DNA of 25,217 nt from a virus (lineage: Duplodnaviria; Caudoviricetes). How positions within the stretch are numbered: position 1 is the first letter of the stretch; every line of letters begins with the position of its first letter. The notes below the pieces were generated by a model, which saw nothing but the letters and a program-made list of their open reading frames with translations, did not search any database and was not told the origin of the DNA. The position numbers were made by a program, and so were the translations under genes. This document shows positions 1 through 8,539 of the stretch, piece after piece. Location of the stretch: positions 1 through 25,217 of the IMG/VR virus record IMGVR_UViG_3300009422_001976; one strand, given 5' to 3'.

Positions 1-66
1 ATTGAGGCCGCTCATTTCATTTAATGATTTATATTGCTCAAAAATTAAATTAGATTCATTGTCCAT
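1..66 (-). CDS. 5' part of a hypothetical phage protein running off the window (MDNESNLIFEQYKSLNEMSGLN...)
   Basis: Not in the ORF track. ATG at 66 with an open frame to base 1; TAAATA lies 5 nt upstream on the minus strand (72-77). Confidence 0.6.
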   Translation of the reverse strand, partial: MDNESNLIFEQYKSLNEMSGLN

Positions 67-69
67 ATT

Positions 70-86
70 ATTATTTAATAAATAAT
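70..86. promoter_or_regulatory. Back-to-back TAAATA late-promoter-like motifs forming the palindrome ATTATTTA-A-TAAATAAT
   Basis: TAAATA at 79-84 (+) and 72-77 (-), each exactly 5 nt from an ATG (90 and 66); resembles the T4 late promoter TATAAATA. Confidence 0.65.
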
Positions 87-89
87 TAA

Positions 90-401
90 ATGACATTCGA
101 TAAACTATACTCTTCTCTTATGGAAGCATTCGATGAAGACGCAGAATATAAAGGTAGAAAAGTAACTCTTAATAAACCTACAAGAGGTGATGTTAAGAAG
201 TTTAAGGTGTATGTAAAAAACCCTAAGACCGGTAACGTTAAGAAGGTTAATTTTGGTCATGGTGGTACTTCTGCAAAAAGAAAAACAATGAGAATACGTA
301 AATCTAACCCAGGAGCTCGTAAATCTTTTAGAGCACGTCATAAATGTGATCAGAAGAAGGATAGAACAACTGCAGGCTACTGGTCATGCAAAAAATGGTA
401 A
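90..401 (+). CDS. Small basic conserved phage protein, putative internal head protein
   Basis: Acidic leader MTFDKLYSSLMEAFDEDAE, then a Lys/Arg-rich domain ending RKSFRARHKC...AGYWSCKKW, which I recognise from marine phage hypothetical proteins. Confidence 0.7.
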   Translation: MTFDKLYSSLMEAFDEDAEYKGRKVTLNKPTRGDVKKFKVYVKNPKTGNVKKVNFGHGGTSAKRKTMRIRKSNPGARKSFRARHKCDQKKDRTTAGYWSCKKW

Positions 402-407
402 TTTATT

Positions 408-956
408 ATGAAAACATTTAAAATATTTTTTGAACAAACAGAAATTGAAAGTTTAAAAGCTTTAATTTCAAATCCAGACCCTCAAAGGGTTAAAGAATAC
501 GGTGGTACTGCATATGTCGATATGCTTAATAAAAAGCTTGAAAAAGCTCAAAAGGTAGCTGCTATTTACGATCACCTTAAAAAATCACCATTAAGCTCGG
601 AAAGTGAAGAAAATGATGGAGATTATATTGGAAAAAATATAGTATATGCAACTAAAGACACATCAGGTGGTGGTATAACTAGTTTTACATCAAAGGGTAA
701 AGTTGTCGACCACAACAAACAGTATGATGTAATTACTCTCGATAATGGATTAAGAATTAATACTAATTTACATTACCGTAAAGATGGTAATCTCTATCAT
801 AAGGGTGACTTTTATATTGATAGTTTAACCTCCACTGAAGATGCCGAAGATAGATGCAAGAGAAAAGCTGATAGTGCATATGGTAAAAAGACTTCAGCCT
901 ATAAATCAGGAGCTATTGTAAGGTGTAGAAAAGGTAAAATATGGAAAAAGAAATGA
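408..956 (+). CDS. Hypothetical phage protein with a capsid-targeting-like N-terminus and a basic C-terminal module
   Basis: Begins MKTFKIFFE; ends EDAEDRCKRKADSAYGKKTSAYKSGAIVRCRKGK (SAYxSGAxVxCRK module). Confidence 0.7.
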   Translation: MKTFKIFFEQTEIESLKALISNPDPQRVKEYGGTAYVDMLNKKLEKAQKVAAIYDHLKKSPLSSESEENDGDYIGKNIVYATKDTSGGGITSFTSKGKVVDHNKQYDVITLDNGLRINTNLHYRKDGNLYHKGDFYIDSLTSTEDAEDRCKRKADSAYGKKTSAYKSGAIVRCRKGKIWKKK

Positions 957-1114
957 ATAAATTTGATACAATATTAGAAAGTCTTTGGGCTAACATTAAT
1001 AAGAAAAGAAAATCTGGACGCAAATCAGCTAAGAAAGGTTCAAAGGCTTACAAGGCCGCCAAAAAATCAGGTGATAAATTGCATTCTAATAAGATGCGTA
1101 AAGCTGGTAAATAA
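953..1114 (+). CDS. 53-aa highly basic protein (MNKFDTILESLWANINKKRKSGRKSAKKGSKAYKAAKKSGDKLHSNKMRKAGK)
   Basis: Below the ORF-track cutoff. ATGA overlap with the upstream stop and TAATG overlap with the downstream start; fills the gap exactly. Confidence 0.8.
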   Translation: MNKFDTILESLWANINKKRKSGRKSAKKGSKAYKAAKKSGDKLHSNKMRKAGK

Positions 1115-1389
1115 TGAATTTTGATGAACTATATGAGTTTTATGTAAATGAAGCTAGTGATAACCTTCATCAATGGTTCAAACGTGGTGGTAAAGATCCA
1201 AAAACAGGTAAAAAATTTAGTGGTTGGATAAATTGCAAGACTGGAGGACCTTGTGGTAGAAAATCTAAAAAATCAGGCGGAAGTTACCCTGCATGTAGAC
1301 CTACAAAAGCAGCTTGCAATAAAATAAAAGGTAAAATGTATAAAAAGAAAAGCTCTAAACGGGTATCATGGAATAAACAGGGTAAATAA
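1114..1389 (+). CDS. Small basic Cys-containing phage protein
   Basis: LHQWFK...WINCKTGGPCGRKS...YPACRP module after an acidic leader ending VNEA. Confidence 0.7.
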   Translation: MNFDELYEFYVNEASDNLHQWFKRGGKDPKTGKKFSGWINCKTGGPCGRKSKKSGGSYPACRPTKAACNKIKGKMYKKKSSKRVSWNKQGK

Positions 1390-1390
1390 T

Positions 1391-1396
1391 TAAATA
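1391..1396 (+). promoter_or_regulatory. TAAATA late-promoter-like motif
   Basis: TAAATA-N5-ATG(1402). Confidence 0.55.
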
Positions 1397-1401
1397 ATAG
1401 T

Positions 1402-2112
1402 ATGGCAGTAGATGACAGTTCGGCACCAAAAGGAATACCTAAATCAGGAGAATTAAGCCCTGGAAATACAGGTGCTAATAGAAGTATAAATTTACTTAAA
1501 AATATAAAAACTAGTACAAGCCGAACTCAGGTTAACAGTAGTGTAAATTCTTTAAGAAACTGGTTTAGAACGTATGTAGGTACATCAGGCAATTTTAGTA
1601 ATGCAAAGAGTTCTGGTCAACAAGTTAATTTAAGTGATTTCCACGACACAACTATTCTAGGGGTAGTAGTCACTACAGTTAATGAATCATCTTCTACGTA
1701 TGGTACTAATAATGATGCAAAAGTCAATATACAAGGTATCTTTGGTGAAAAATACAAATATTATTTTGCTATGAATAACCAACAAAAGATTGCTTTACAC
1801 GGTCAGGCAGTATCGTTCACCGGTTTACCAGCTGGTACTCAATATAATATGGTAGTTTCATCTTTCGATACCGATGAAACGGTAGCTCAACCAAGTGCAT
1901 CATTTAAAGTTACAGTTGCATATGAAGGGGCCGGGGAGGTAAGAGGTCAAAATACAACAGGTATAGGTTCATTTGGTTCTAGCGATTCACCTATTAGTTT
2001 TACATATACCGATGGTGCTGGTAAAGGTAAAACATCTATTCCATTATATTTGTTACAAGGTTTACAAGACCCTAGTGGTAGACCATATGGAACTTCAATG
2101 TCTTACCCATAA
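1402..2112 (+). CDS. Gly/Ser/Thr-rich putative virion structural (tail-fibre-like) protein
   Basis: GIPKSGELS and SSGQQVNLSDF resemble the IPxSGxIS...SDF motif of phage fibre-associated proteins; no Cys; beta-rich composition; late-type motif upstream. Confidence 0.5.
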   Translation: MAVDDSSAPKGIPKSGELSPGNTGANRSINLLKNIKTSTSRTQVNSSVNSLRNWFRTYVGTSGNFSNAKSSGQQVNLSDFHDTTILGVVVTTVNESSSTYGTNNDAKVNIQGIFGEKYKYYFAMNNQQKIALHGQAVSFTGLPAGTQYNMVVSSFDTDETVAQPSASFKVTVAYEGAGEVRGQNTTGIGSFGSSDSPISFTYTDGAGKGKTSIPLYLLQGLQDPSGRPYGTSMSYP

Positions 2113-2115
2113 ATA
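2110..2115 (+). promoter_or_regulatory. TAAATA late-promoter-like motif heading the radical SAM run
   Basis: TAAATA-N5-ATG(2121), overlapping the stop codon of the upstream gene. Confidence 0.5.
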
Positions 2116-2120
2116 AGTAA

Positions 2121-3080
2121 ATGGATAACGACATTAAAAATTATACCATAGAACAACTGTCTAATTATATATGTTTTTTAAAAATTAAAGAAATTAGTAA
2201 ACCGTATACTACTTTAAAAGATGTTTGTAAAATAACATTAAAAAACTCAGATAAAATTGATAAAATAAAAGTATATAATCTTTTATCAAAAAAAATAGAA
2301 AATATATATTTTAGTGAAATTGAAGAAATAACAGTCCATGGTATCGATAATAATAATATAGAAATTAATTTAGGCTATATTGATACTATAAATTCAGATT
2401 TAAATGATTGTAGTTTAGAATACATATCTAAAGATGAATTAGAAGATTATTATTTAAAAAACGAAGTTTATTTAGTTAATTCTGAAAAAAATATATTTAA
2501 TATATGTAAAAAATTTGAATTTACTGTAAGAGACTATGAAATAAAAGCAAATACTATTTCTAATGTTGATAATATACAAAATGTATGGAGAAAAACAATA
2601 AAAGTTAAAATTGATGAAAATGTTAACGAACTAAATGAAATAAAAAATGAGGCTGATGATGAAGAAGATATTGAAGATATTAATTCTATTATAGAAATGT
2701 TTAACGACACAATCACTGAAATAGATTTAAGTGATTGTAAAAATTTAATTGATGTAATTGATACATATCCACCGCTACTCTTACCATTACCTGGTGAATT
2801 TAGTAGTATTAAAGATGACATTAATAGTTTTAGTGATAATACCTTAGATGCTGCCTTATCTTTAATTAAAACAATGACATTTAATGAACTTCAAGAAATT
2901 TATGATGAAGTATCTGAAATAAAAGATACAAATTATGTTATTACTAAGGTAATAGATAAAATAAAAGAAATTCTTGATAAAGCAAATAATAAAATTAAGC
3001 TACCATGGATATTAATAAAATTAGTATCAATAGATTTAATGTTGATTATACCACTAAAAGAAACAATAGAGCAAAGTTAG
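2121..3080 (+). CDS. Acidic hypothetical protein, possibly with a tail-fibre-assembly-chaperone-like segment
   Basis: WRKTIK...EIDLSDCKNLIDVIDTYPPLLLP resembles the C-terminus of fibre chaperones (weak). The 76-nt overlap with the next gene makes the 3' end uncertain. Confidence 0.45.
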   Translation: MDNDIKNYTIEQLSNYICFLKIKEISKPYTTLKDVCKITLKNSDKIDKIKVYNLLSKKIENIYFSEIEEITVHGIDNNNIEINLGYIDTINSDLNDCSLEYISKDELEDYYLKNEVYLVNSEKNIFNICKKFEFTVRDYEIKANTISNVDNIQNVWRKTIKVKIDENVNELNEIKNEADDEEDIEDINSIIEMFNDTITEIDLSDCKNLIDVIDTYPPLLLPLPGEFSSIKDDINSFSDNTLDAALSLIKTMTFNELQEIYDEVSEIKDTNYVITKVIDKIKEILDKANNKIKLPWILIKLVSIDLMLIIPLKETIEQS

Positions 3081-4033
3081 ATACCGGGTTTCATTGTAAT
3101 TATCACTGTGAGTTTTGCTATTATCTAGATAAACTGGATCAGAAAACATCATATGATACTATTAAAGAGCGTATAGATATTTTACACTCTTATGGTATAG
3201 ATGAAGTAGACTTATCAGGTGGAGAAAGTTCCATACATAAAGATTGGTTTAAAATATTAGATTATTGTAATGGTAAATTTAAAAATATAAGCTGTTTAAG
3301 TAATGGTTCAGTATTTTCTAATGAAAAATTTTTATTAAAATCAAAAAAACATGGGTTAAAGGAAATTTTATTTAGTTTACATGGTTATAATGAAGAAGTT
3401 CATGATGATATAGTAGGTAGAAAGAATGGTTGGAAGAAAATTAATAAAGCAATAGACCTTTGCAATAAACATGATATACGAGTTAGAATAAACTGTACAG
3501 TTTATCAGAAAAACTACTCAGGGTTAGTAGCTTATGCTGATATTATTAAAAAAATTAAACCTTTTCAAGTAAATTTTCTTACTTTAAACTACTGGGATGA
3601 TAATAAAACGTTTGAACCTATAGATGATTATAATAAACTAACCGATAATATAAAAAGATGTATAGATTTAATAGTTAATGATGTAAAATATATTAACGTT
3701 AGATATACACCTTATTGCTTTATGAAAGGTTATGAAAAATATGTATGTAACCAATATCAACATGTGTATGATGTATACGATTGGAATAAAGAAATATATG
3801 ACTATGATATTGATGTAACCGAAACATATACACATAATCAAAAAATAGAATTGGGATATGCTAAAGCTAGACATGATAGACTCACTGATTATAAGAAATC
3901 TTTGGCCTGTTTTAAGTGTAAATATTTTTATATTTGTGATGGTATTGAAAAACAATTAGATATGGAAGTTTATCCCGAACCTGGTGATAAAATACGAGAT
4001 GTTAATCATTATAGAAAAGATTTTTACTCATGA
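3005..4033 (+). CDS. Radical SAM enzyme 1, with a C-terminal Cx2Cx5C (HxsC-like architecture)
   Basis: CNYHCEFC, LSGGES, SNG, FSLHG...HD, RYTPYC, CFKCKYFYICDG. Confidence 0.92.
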   Translation: MDINKISINRFNVDYTTKRNNRAKLDTGFHCNYHCEFCYYLDKLDQKTSYDTIKERIDILHSYGIDEVDLSGGESSIHKDWFKILDYCNGKFKNISCLSNGSVFSNEKFLLKSKKHGLKEILFSLHGYNEEVHDDIVGRKNGWKKINKAIDLCNKHDIRVRINCTVYQKNYSGLVAYADIIKKIKPFQVNFLTLNYWDDNKTFEPIDDYNKLTDNIKRCIDLIVNDVKYINVRYTPYCFMKGYEKYVCNQYQHVYDVYDWNKEIYDYDIDVTETYTHNQKIELGYAKARHDRLTDYKKSLACFKCKYFYICDGIEKQLDMEVYPEPGDKIRDVNHYRKDFYS

Positions 4034-5001
4034 GATTTTTAAAATTAGATAAAAGTTATGATTTATTTTTATCAATGACATGGAATAATGATAATAATCA
4101 CGGAATATCTGGTCATTTATATGAAATATTAGAATATTACTTGGTATTAAGCCGGTATATGAAAATTGGTATATTAATATGCGAAGATATGGATTGGAAT
4201 ACAATAGAAAAAGCAATTAAATCAAAATATAATATAAAAAATGATATAATTAATAAAATTAAAAGTAATACTATTTTTTGTAATCGGCCTAAGTTTGTAT
4301 CAGGTAAAAATATATTATTTGTCGATGGAGGGTTTACTAGAACCTCGTTAAGGGACGGTATAGTTTTATCTTTTCATAATATATTTTCATTTAGATGTTC
4401 TAATAAAGATTACCACTATAATTTACCTTATAAAAATATAACTTTACTACAAGATCAAAGGGTTTATAATGATAAAGATAATGAAATAGCTATAGATTAT
4501 AAGAAAAAAATAAAGTTTAACATTTATAATAATATTAAAAAGGTAAAAACTGAAACTGCACTGTTATATGTAACTACAAACTGTAGAAAACTGTGTAGTA
4601 ATTATTTACTTGATGTAGTTATGCAGTATAAGTTTAAAAATTATATAATTTTAACTAATCAGCCAGAATTATACAAGGAACAATTTAAAAATATAAAAAA
4701 TGTAACTTTCCCTGCTATGCCTTTAGATAATATATTTGAAAAGTTTGATACTTACATATATACCCCAACTTATTCGGTGACTAAACAAGAATTAGGTTGT
4801 TTTGACTGTAGTCCAAGATTTATAGCCGAGTGTAAGTACTATAATAAAGATATTATATACCATAATATAGATAAAAACTATTTAGACGTAGATACTGGGT
4901 TAAAATATAGAAAATTAGATATAGAAAACGATTTTAATAGTATTATCTTAAAAAATAACGATAAAATTGTAGATATAATACGAAATGAAATATCAAAATG
5001 A
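4030..5001 (+). CDS. Putative GT-B-fold glycosyltransferase-like protein
   Basis: N-terminal HGISGH loop; C-terminal FDTYIYTP...FDCSPRFIAECKYYNKDII resembles the GT-B donor-binding segment. Confidence 0.45.
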   Translation: MRFLKLDKSYDLFLSMTWNNDNNHGISGHLYEILEYYLVLSRYMKIGILICEDMDWNTIEKAIKSKYNIKNDIINKIKSNTIFCNRPKFVSGKNILFVDGGFTRTSLRDGIVLSFHNIFSFRCSNKDYHYNLPYKNITLLQDQRVYNDKDNEIAIDYKKKIKFNIYNNIKKVKTETALLYVTTNCRKLCSNYLLDVVMQYKFKNYIILTNQPELYKEQFKNIKNVTFPAMPLDNIFEKFDTYIYTPTYSVTKQELGCFDCSPRFIAECKYYNKDIIYHNIDKNYLDVDTGLKYRKLDIENDFNSIILKNNDKIVDIIRNEISK

Positions 5002-5902
5002 AGAAATAATAAAAGCTGGTGTAAAAGATTATAATTTAAAAACTTTTTCATGGTATTTGATAGACGTATGTAACCAAGCATGTAAATATTGCGGTGAAGG
5101 ATATGGTTCAGATATACATAGACCTAAATCTACCTTTTTTAAAAATGATATTCAAAAAAAATCATATAAAAACGTTCTTAAATTATTAAAAATAAAAAAT
5201 AAAGATAAGTTTGATGTAGATATATTAGGAGGTGAACCTACTCTACATCCAGATATTTATGAAATAATTGAAACTCTTTGCTCTTTTAAAAATAGTAGAG
5301 AGATCAGCTTAATAACAAATTTAAAAAAATCTTACGAATATTTTAAAAAGTTTGATAAACCTGAAATGGATAAACTTTTAATATGTCCATCTATACATAT
5401 GGATTATTATAATGATAAGCTGCTAAACAAAATTATAGATATTAGTAAATTTAAAAATACAAAATTTATACCTATTGTTATGGTACACGATAATCCTAAA
5501 TTTTATAGTAAAATAATTGAGTTAATAAATATCCTTACAAATGAAAAAATTGAATTTACCGTATCGTTTTTAACTTCTGAATGCGGCTATAAAGTAAATT
5601 ATGAAAAAAACTTTTTTAAAAAAATAAAACCTTTAACTGAAAGAGATAATAATAGATATAACTTCGAAACTGAAAAAAATAATTATAGTTTAACAAAACA
5701 TGATATATATGATAATAATTTTTATAACTTCAAAGGTTGGAAATGTAAACCTTTAAGATATAAAATAAATCATTTTGGTGCTATATATAATGCGTGTACT
5801 GGTGAAGCTCTGTCTTTTATAAGTAAAGAAAAATGTGTTGAATGTCCATTAACCCAATGCGGTTGCGATATACAATGGAATTATGAAAAAACTAAAGTAT
5901 GA
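4985..5902 (+). CDS. Radical SAM enzyme 2 (twitch/SPASM-like C-terminus)
   Basis: CNQACKYC, ILGGEPTLHP, ITN, NFKGWKC...AC...CVECPLTQCGCD. Confidence 0.93.
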   Translation: MKYQNEEIIKAGVKDYNLKTFSWYLIDVCNQACKYCGEGYGSDIHRPKSTFFKNDIQKKSYKNVLKLLKIKNKDKFDVDILGGEPTLHPDIYEIIETLCSFKNSREISLITNLKKSYEYFKKFDKPEMDKLLICPSIHMDYYNDKLLNKIIDISKFKNTKFIPIVMVHDNPKFYSKIIELINILTNEKIEFTVSFLTSECGYKVNYEKNFFKKIKPLTERDNNRYNFETEKNNYSLTKHDIYDNNFYNFKGWKCKPLRYKINHFGAIYNACTGEALSFISKEKCVECPLTQCGCDIQWNYEKTKV

Positions 5903-6924
5903 ATAATTTTAAAAATATTAAAAGTTTTGAAATTATTGAAACAGGTGAATGGCCAGATTATGATTTAAAGATTACTTTAAAACCTAGTTTTAGATGTAAC
6001 CATAAATGTTGGTTTTGTAATGAGTATAGTAATAATACTAAAACTTGGACAAAAGAACAATGCGACTATGTACTGCAAAAACTCAAAGAGATACCTCAAG
6101 ATAAAAAGAAAATATTTTTTTATTTTTATGGTGGCGAACCAACTTTAAGTAAACATTGGGAATATTTAAACTACAAGTTAATTGAAATGTTTCCAAAAAA
6201 AGAATTATTTTTACAAACCCATACTAATCTTAGTTTATCAAAGAGACGACTAGAAACGTTTTTAAAGAAAGTAAATAAAATAAAAAAATCTAATCATATA
6301 ATTAATATATGTAATAGCTACCATATCGATAAACAGCCTGTAGAACTGTATATCGAAAAAATGGATATATGTAATCGTTATAATAGCTTAGGTTATTGTT
6401 TTTTTAGTACAGAAATACCAAAAAAAGAAAAAATGCTTAAAGAGCTTTACGCAATAATTGAAAAATACCCTAAAAAACTAGTAATGAAGTTAACTGAAAT
6501 TGAAAATTTAGCATTAAAATCTATTAAAGGTTATGAAGAATTAAAGAAAGATAAATATCTTATTGGAAATGATTGCGGTAAAAGTTTAGAATATCGCTAT
6601 TGGATGAAATATTACCCAGAATTAAGAAATTATTTTGAAAAAGGTTGGAATTTTTTAATTAACGGAGACAGTACTTTGAATTATTCTGATGTTAAAGGTA
6701 ATAATATTCATAAAAAATTTAAATATATGAAATGTTCTGCTGGTAAAAAAAATATTGTGATAGACCATAATTTATATGTTTATAGATGTAATGATTATAA
6801 TTATAAAAATATAAAACAAATGAAGTTAAGTGAATTAAATTTTAAAAGTTATTTAAATAAATGTGAAATATGTTTATTAAATGCATGCTTTGACGGGTTA
6901 GATTTTAAAAAGGTTAAAATATGA
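5899..6924 (+). CDS. Radical SAM enzyme 3 (twitch/SPASM-like C-terminus)
   Basis: CNHKCWFC, YGGEPT, KFKYMKCSAG...YRC...CEICLLNAC. Confidence 0.93.
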   Translation: MNNFKNIKSFEIIETGEWPDYDLKITLKPSFRCNHKCWFCNEYSNNTKTWTKEQCDYVLQKLKEIPQDKKKIFFYFYGGEPTLSKHWEYLNYKLIEMFPKKELFLQTHTNLSLSKRRLETFLKKVNKIKKSNHIINICNSYHIDKQPVELYIEKMDICNRYNSLGYCFFSTEIPKKEKMLKELYAIIEKYPKKLVMKLTEIENLALKSIKGYEELKKDKYLIGNDCGKSLEYRYWMKYYPELRNYFEKGWNFLINGDSTLNYSDVKGNNIHKKFKYMKCSAGKKNIVIDHNLYVYRCNDYNYKNIKQMKLSELNFKSYLNKCEICLLNACFDGLDFKKVKI

Positions 6925-7574
6925 AACTATCAATATTAATATTAACCCATAACAGGCCTCTTTTATTTGAAAGATGTATAAATAGTGTATTGAATAATTT
7001 ACCTAATTATGATATTGAAATTTTAGTAAATAATGATAGTAATGATATAACTGAAATACATAACGATAAAGTTAATATTTATTATTACTATGAAAAGAAT
7101 AAAAAATTGACCGATACATATAAATTTTTATATGAAAAGAGTAAAGGAGAATATATATTTTACCTTGAAGATGATGATTATATAAAGTCTAATTTTTTTA
7201 AGTTTTTAAATTTTAACTATGATATAAATTTTTTAAACTATCTGTCTAAAGATATTTTAACCTATAAAAGAAATTTAGCATCTTACTATAAAAGATTTTT
7301 TAATAAATTTAAGTCTTTAAGTAAAATTAATAATTTATCTGAATTTTTAAATATATATGAGCCAAGAGACTTTCAATTTAGTCAAATAGTTTTTAAAAAA
7401 AACGGTATTAAATATTGGCCTACAGAAGATAATATTTTCAATGACTATAAAATTTTTAAATCTTTAGAACTTGAAACAATTTTTTATATTTCCAAACCAT
7501 TATGGGTACAAACAACAGATGGTAAAGATAATATAAGCTTCAGAATTTTTAATAAAGACAAAAGATTTGAATGA
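6921..7574 (+). CDS. Glycosyltransferase family 2 (GT-A)
   Basis: LSILILTHNRP...CINSV, ILVNNDS, GEYIFYLEDDD (DxD). Confidence 0.88.
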   Translation: MKLSILILTHNRPLLFERCINSVLNNLPNYDIEILVNNDSNDITEIHNDKVNIYYYYEKNKKLTDTYKFLYEKSKGEYIFYLEDDDYIKSNFFKFLNFNYDINFLNYLSKDILTYKRNLASYYKRFFNKFKSLSKINNLSEFLNIYEPRDFQFSQIVFKKNGIKYWPTEDNIFNDYKIFKSLELETIFYISKPLWVQTTDGKDNISFRIFNKDKRFE

Positions 7575-8539
7575 AAAAAAGTACTAACTACATAAAGCAA
7601 TATGATGTAAAGCATAAGATACAAAGGCTTTATGTGCACTGGGATGTAAGTACACAGTGTCAATTTAAGTGTTCCTATTGTTATGCAATGAAAGACTACG
7701 GGGATGAATGGGGTAAAATAGATGATTGGAAAAAACAAAAGCATGTTATAAAAAGTTTAGGTAGAGCTAAATTACCGGTATTTCTTGGGTTACTGGGTGG
7801 TGAACCTACAATACACCCACACTACCCTGAACTAATAGATAAGTGTTTAGAAGTGGTTAAAAAACATCCAGATGGTAGGTTATATATAACTACTAACGGT
7901 TCTTCTAAAAGTAGCATCTTTCAAAACCACCAATACGATGATAGACTATATTTTCTTTTTAGTTTTCATTCTGAATACGAATTTAAATATAAAAAAGGGT
8001 TTGAAATTCTTTTAAAAAATATTGATATCGCAGTTAATAGAGGTTTTAAAGTAAAGGTTAACGTCATGCTTCACTATAATAAAAAACTTTGGCAAAAAAC
8101 TCATGATTTTGTTGACCAATTAGAAAAATATGGCGATAGAATTAATATTCACCCTCATTTTTTATATGCTGATGGAGATGTACATAAGCTTCAAGATTAT
8201 GGTAATGATTTTTATAAAGAATTTGAAAGATTTAAAGATTACCCATATTATTTTACTTTTGAAAATAAAAACGGTGATAAAAAAATGTATAATGACTATA
8301 ATATTTTTGAAAATAAATTTACCAATTTTAAAGATTGGGATTGCTGGAATAATAATTATGAAATATCATATACTGGTATAGTGCACCGGGTCTGTTTTGA
8401 ACAAAGATCTGATTTATTAAAAGATCCTTTCTTTTTTAGAAATATTGGTAAAATTTGTCCTGTATCATGCCCACATACCAGTTGTAACTGCGATGGTCTG
8501 TTAAAAATATATAAAGAGAAGGCAGGTGTAAATGCATAA
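7571..8539 (+). CDS. Radical SAM enzyme 4 (twitch/SPASM-like C-terminus)
   Basis: CQFKCSYC, LLGGEPTIHP, TTNG, NFKDWDC...VC...CPHTSCNCD. Confidence 0.93.
   Translation: MKKSTNYIKQYDVKHKIQRLYVHWDVSTQCQFKCSYCYAMKDYGDEWGKIDDWKKQKHVIKSLGRAKLPVFLGLLGGEPTIHPHYPELIDKCLEVVKKHPDGRLYITTNGSSKSSIFQNHQYDDRLYFLFSFHSEYEFKYKKGFEILLKNIDIAVNRGFKVKVNVMLHYNKKLWQKTHDFVDQLEKYGDRINIHPHFLYADGDVHKLQDYGNDFYKEFERFKDYPYYFTFENKNGDKKMYNDYNIFENKFTNFKDWDCWNNNYEISYTGIVHRVCFEQRSDLLKDPFFFRNIGKICPVSCPHTSCNCDGLLKIYKEKAGVNA

Noticed and set aside
90-1389. Small ORFs as RiPP precursor peptides for the radical SAM cluster
   Set aside because: They look like widespread basic phage proteins with head-protein-type leaders; no repeated core motifs, RRE/PqqD domain or transporter was seen.
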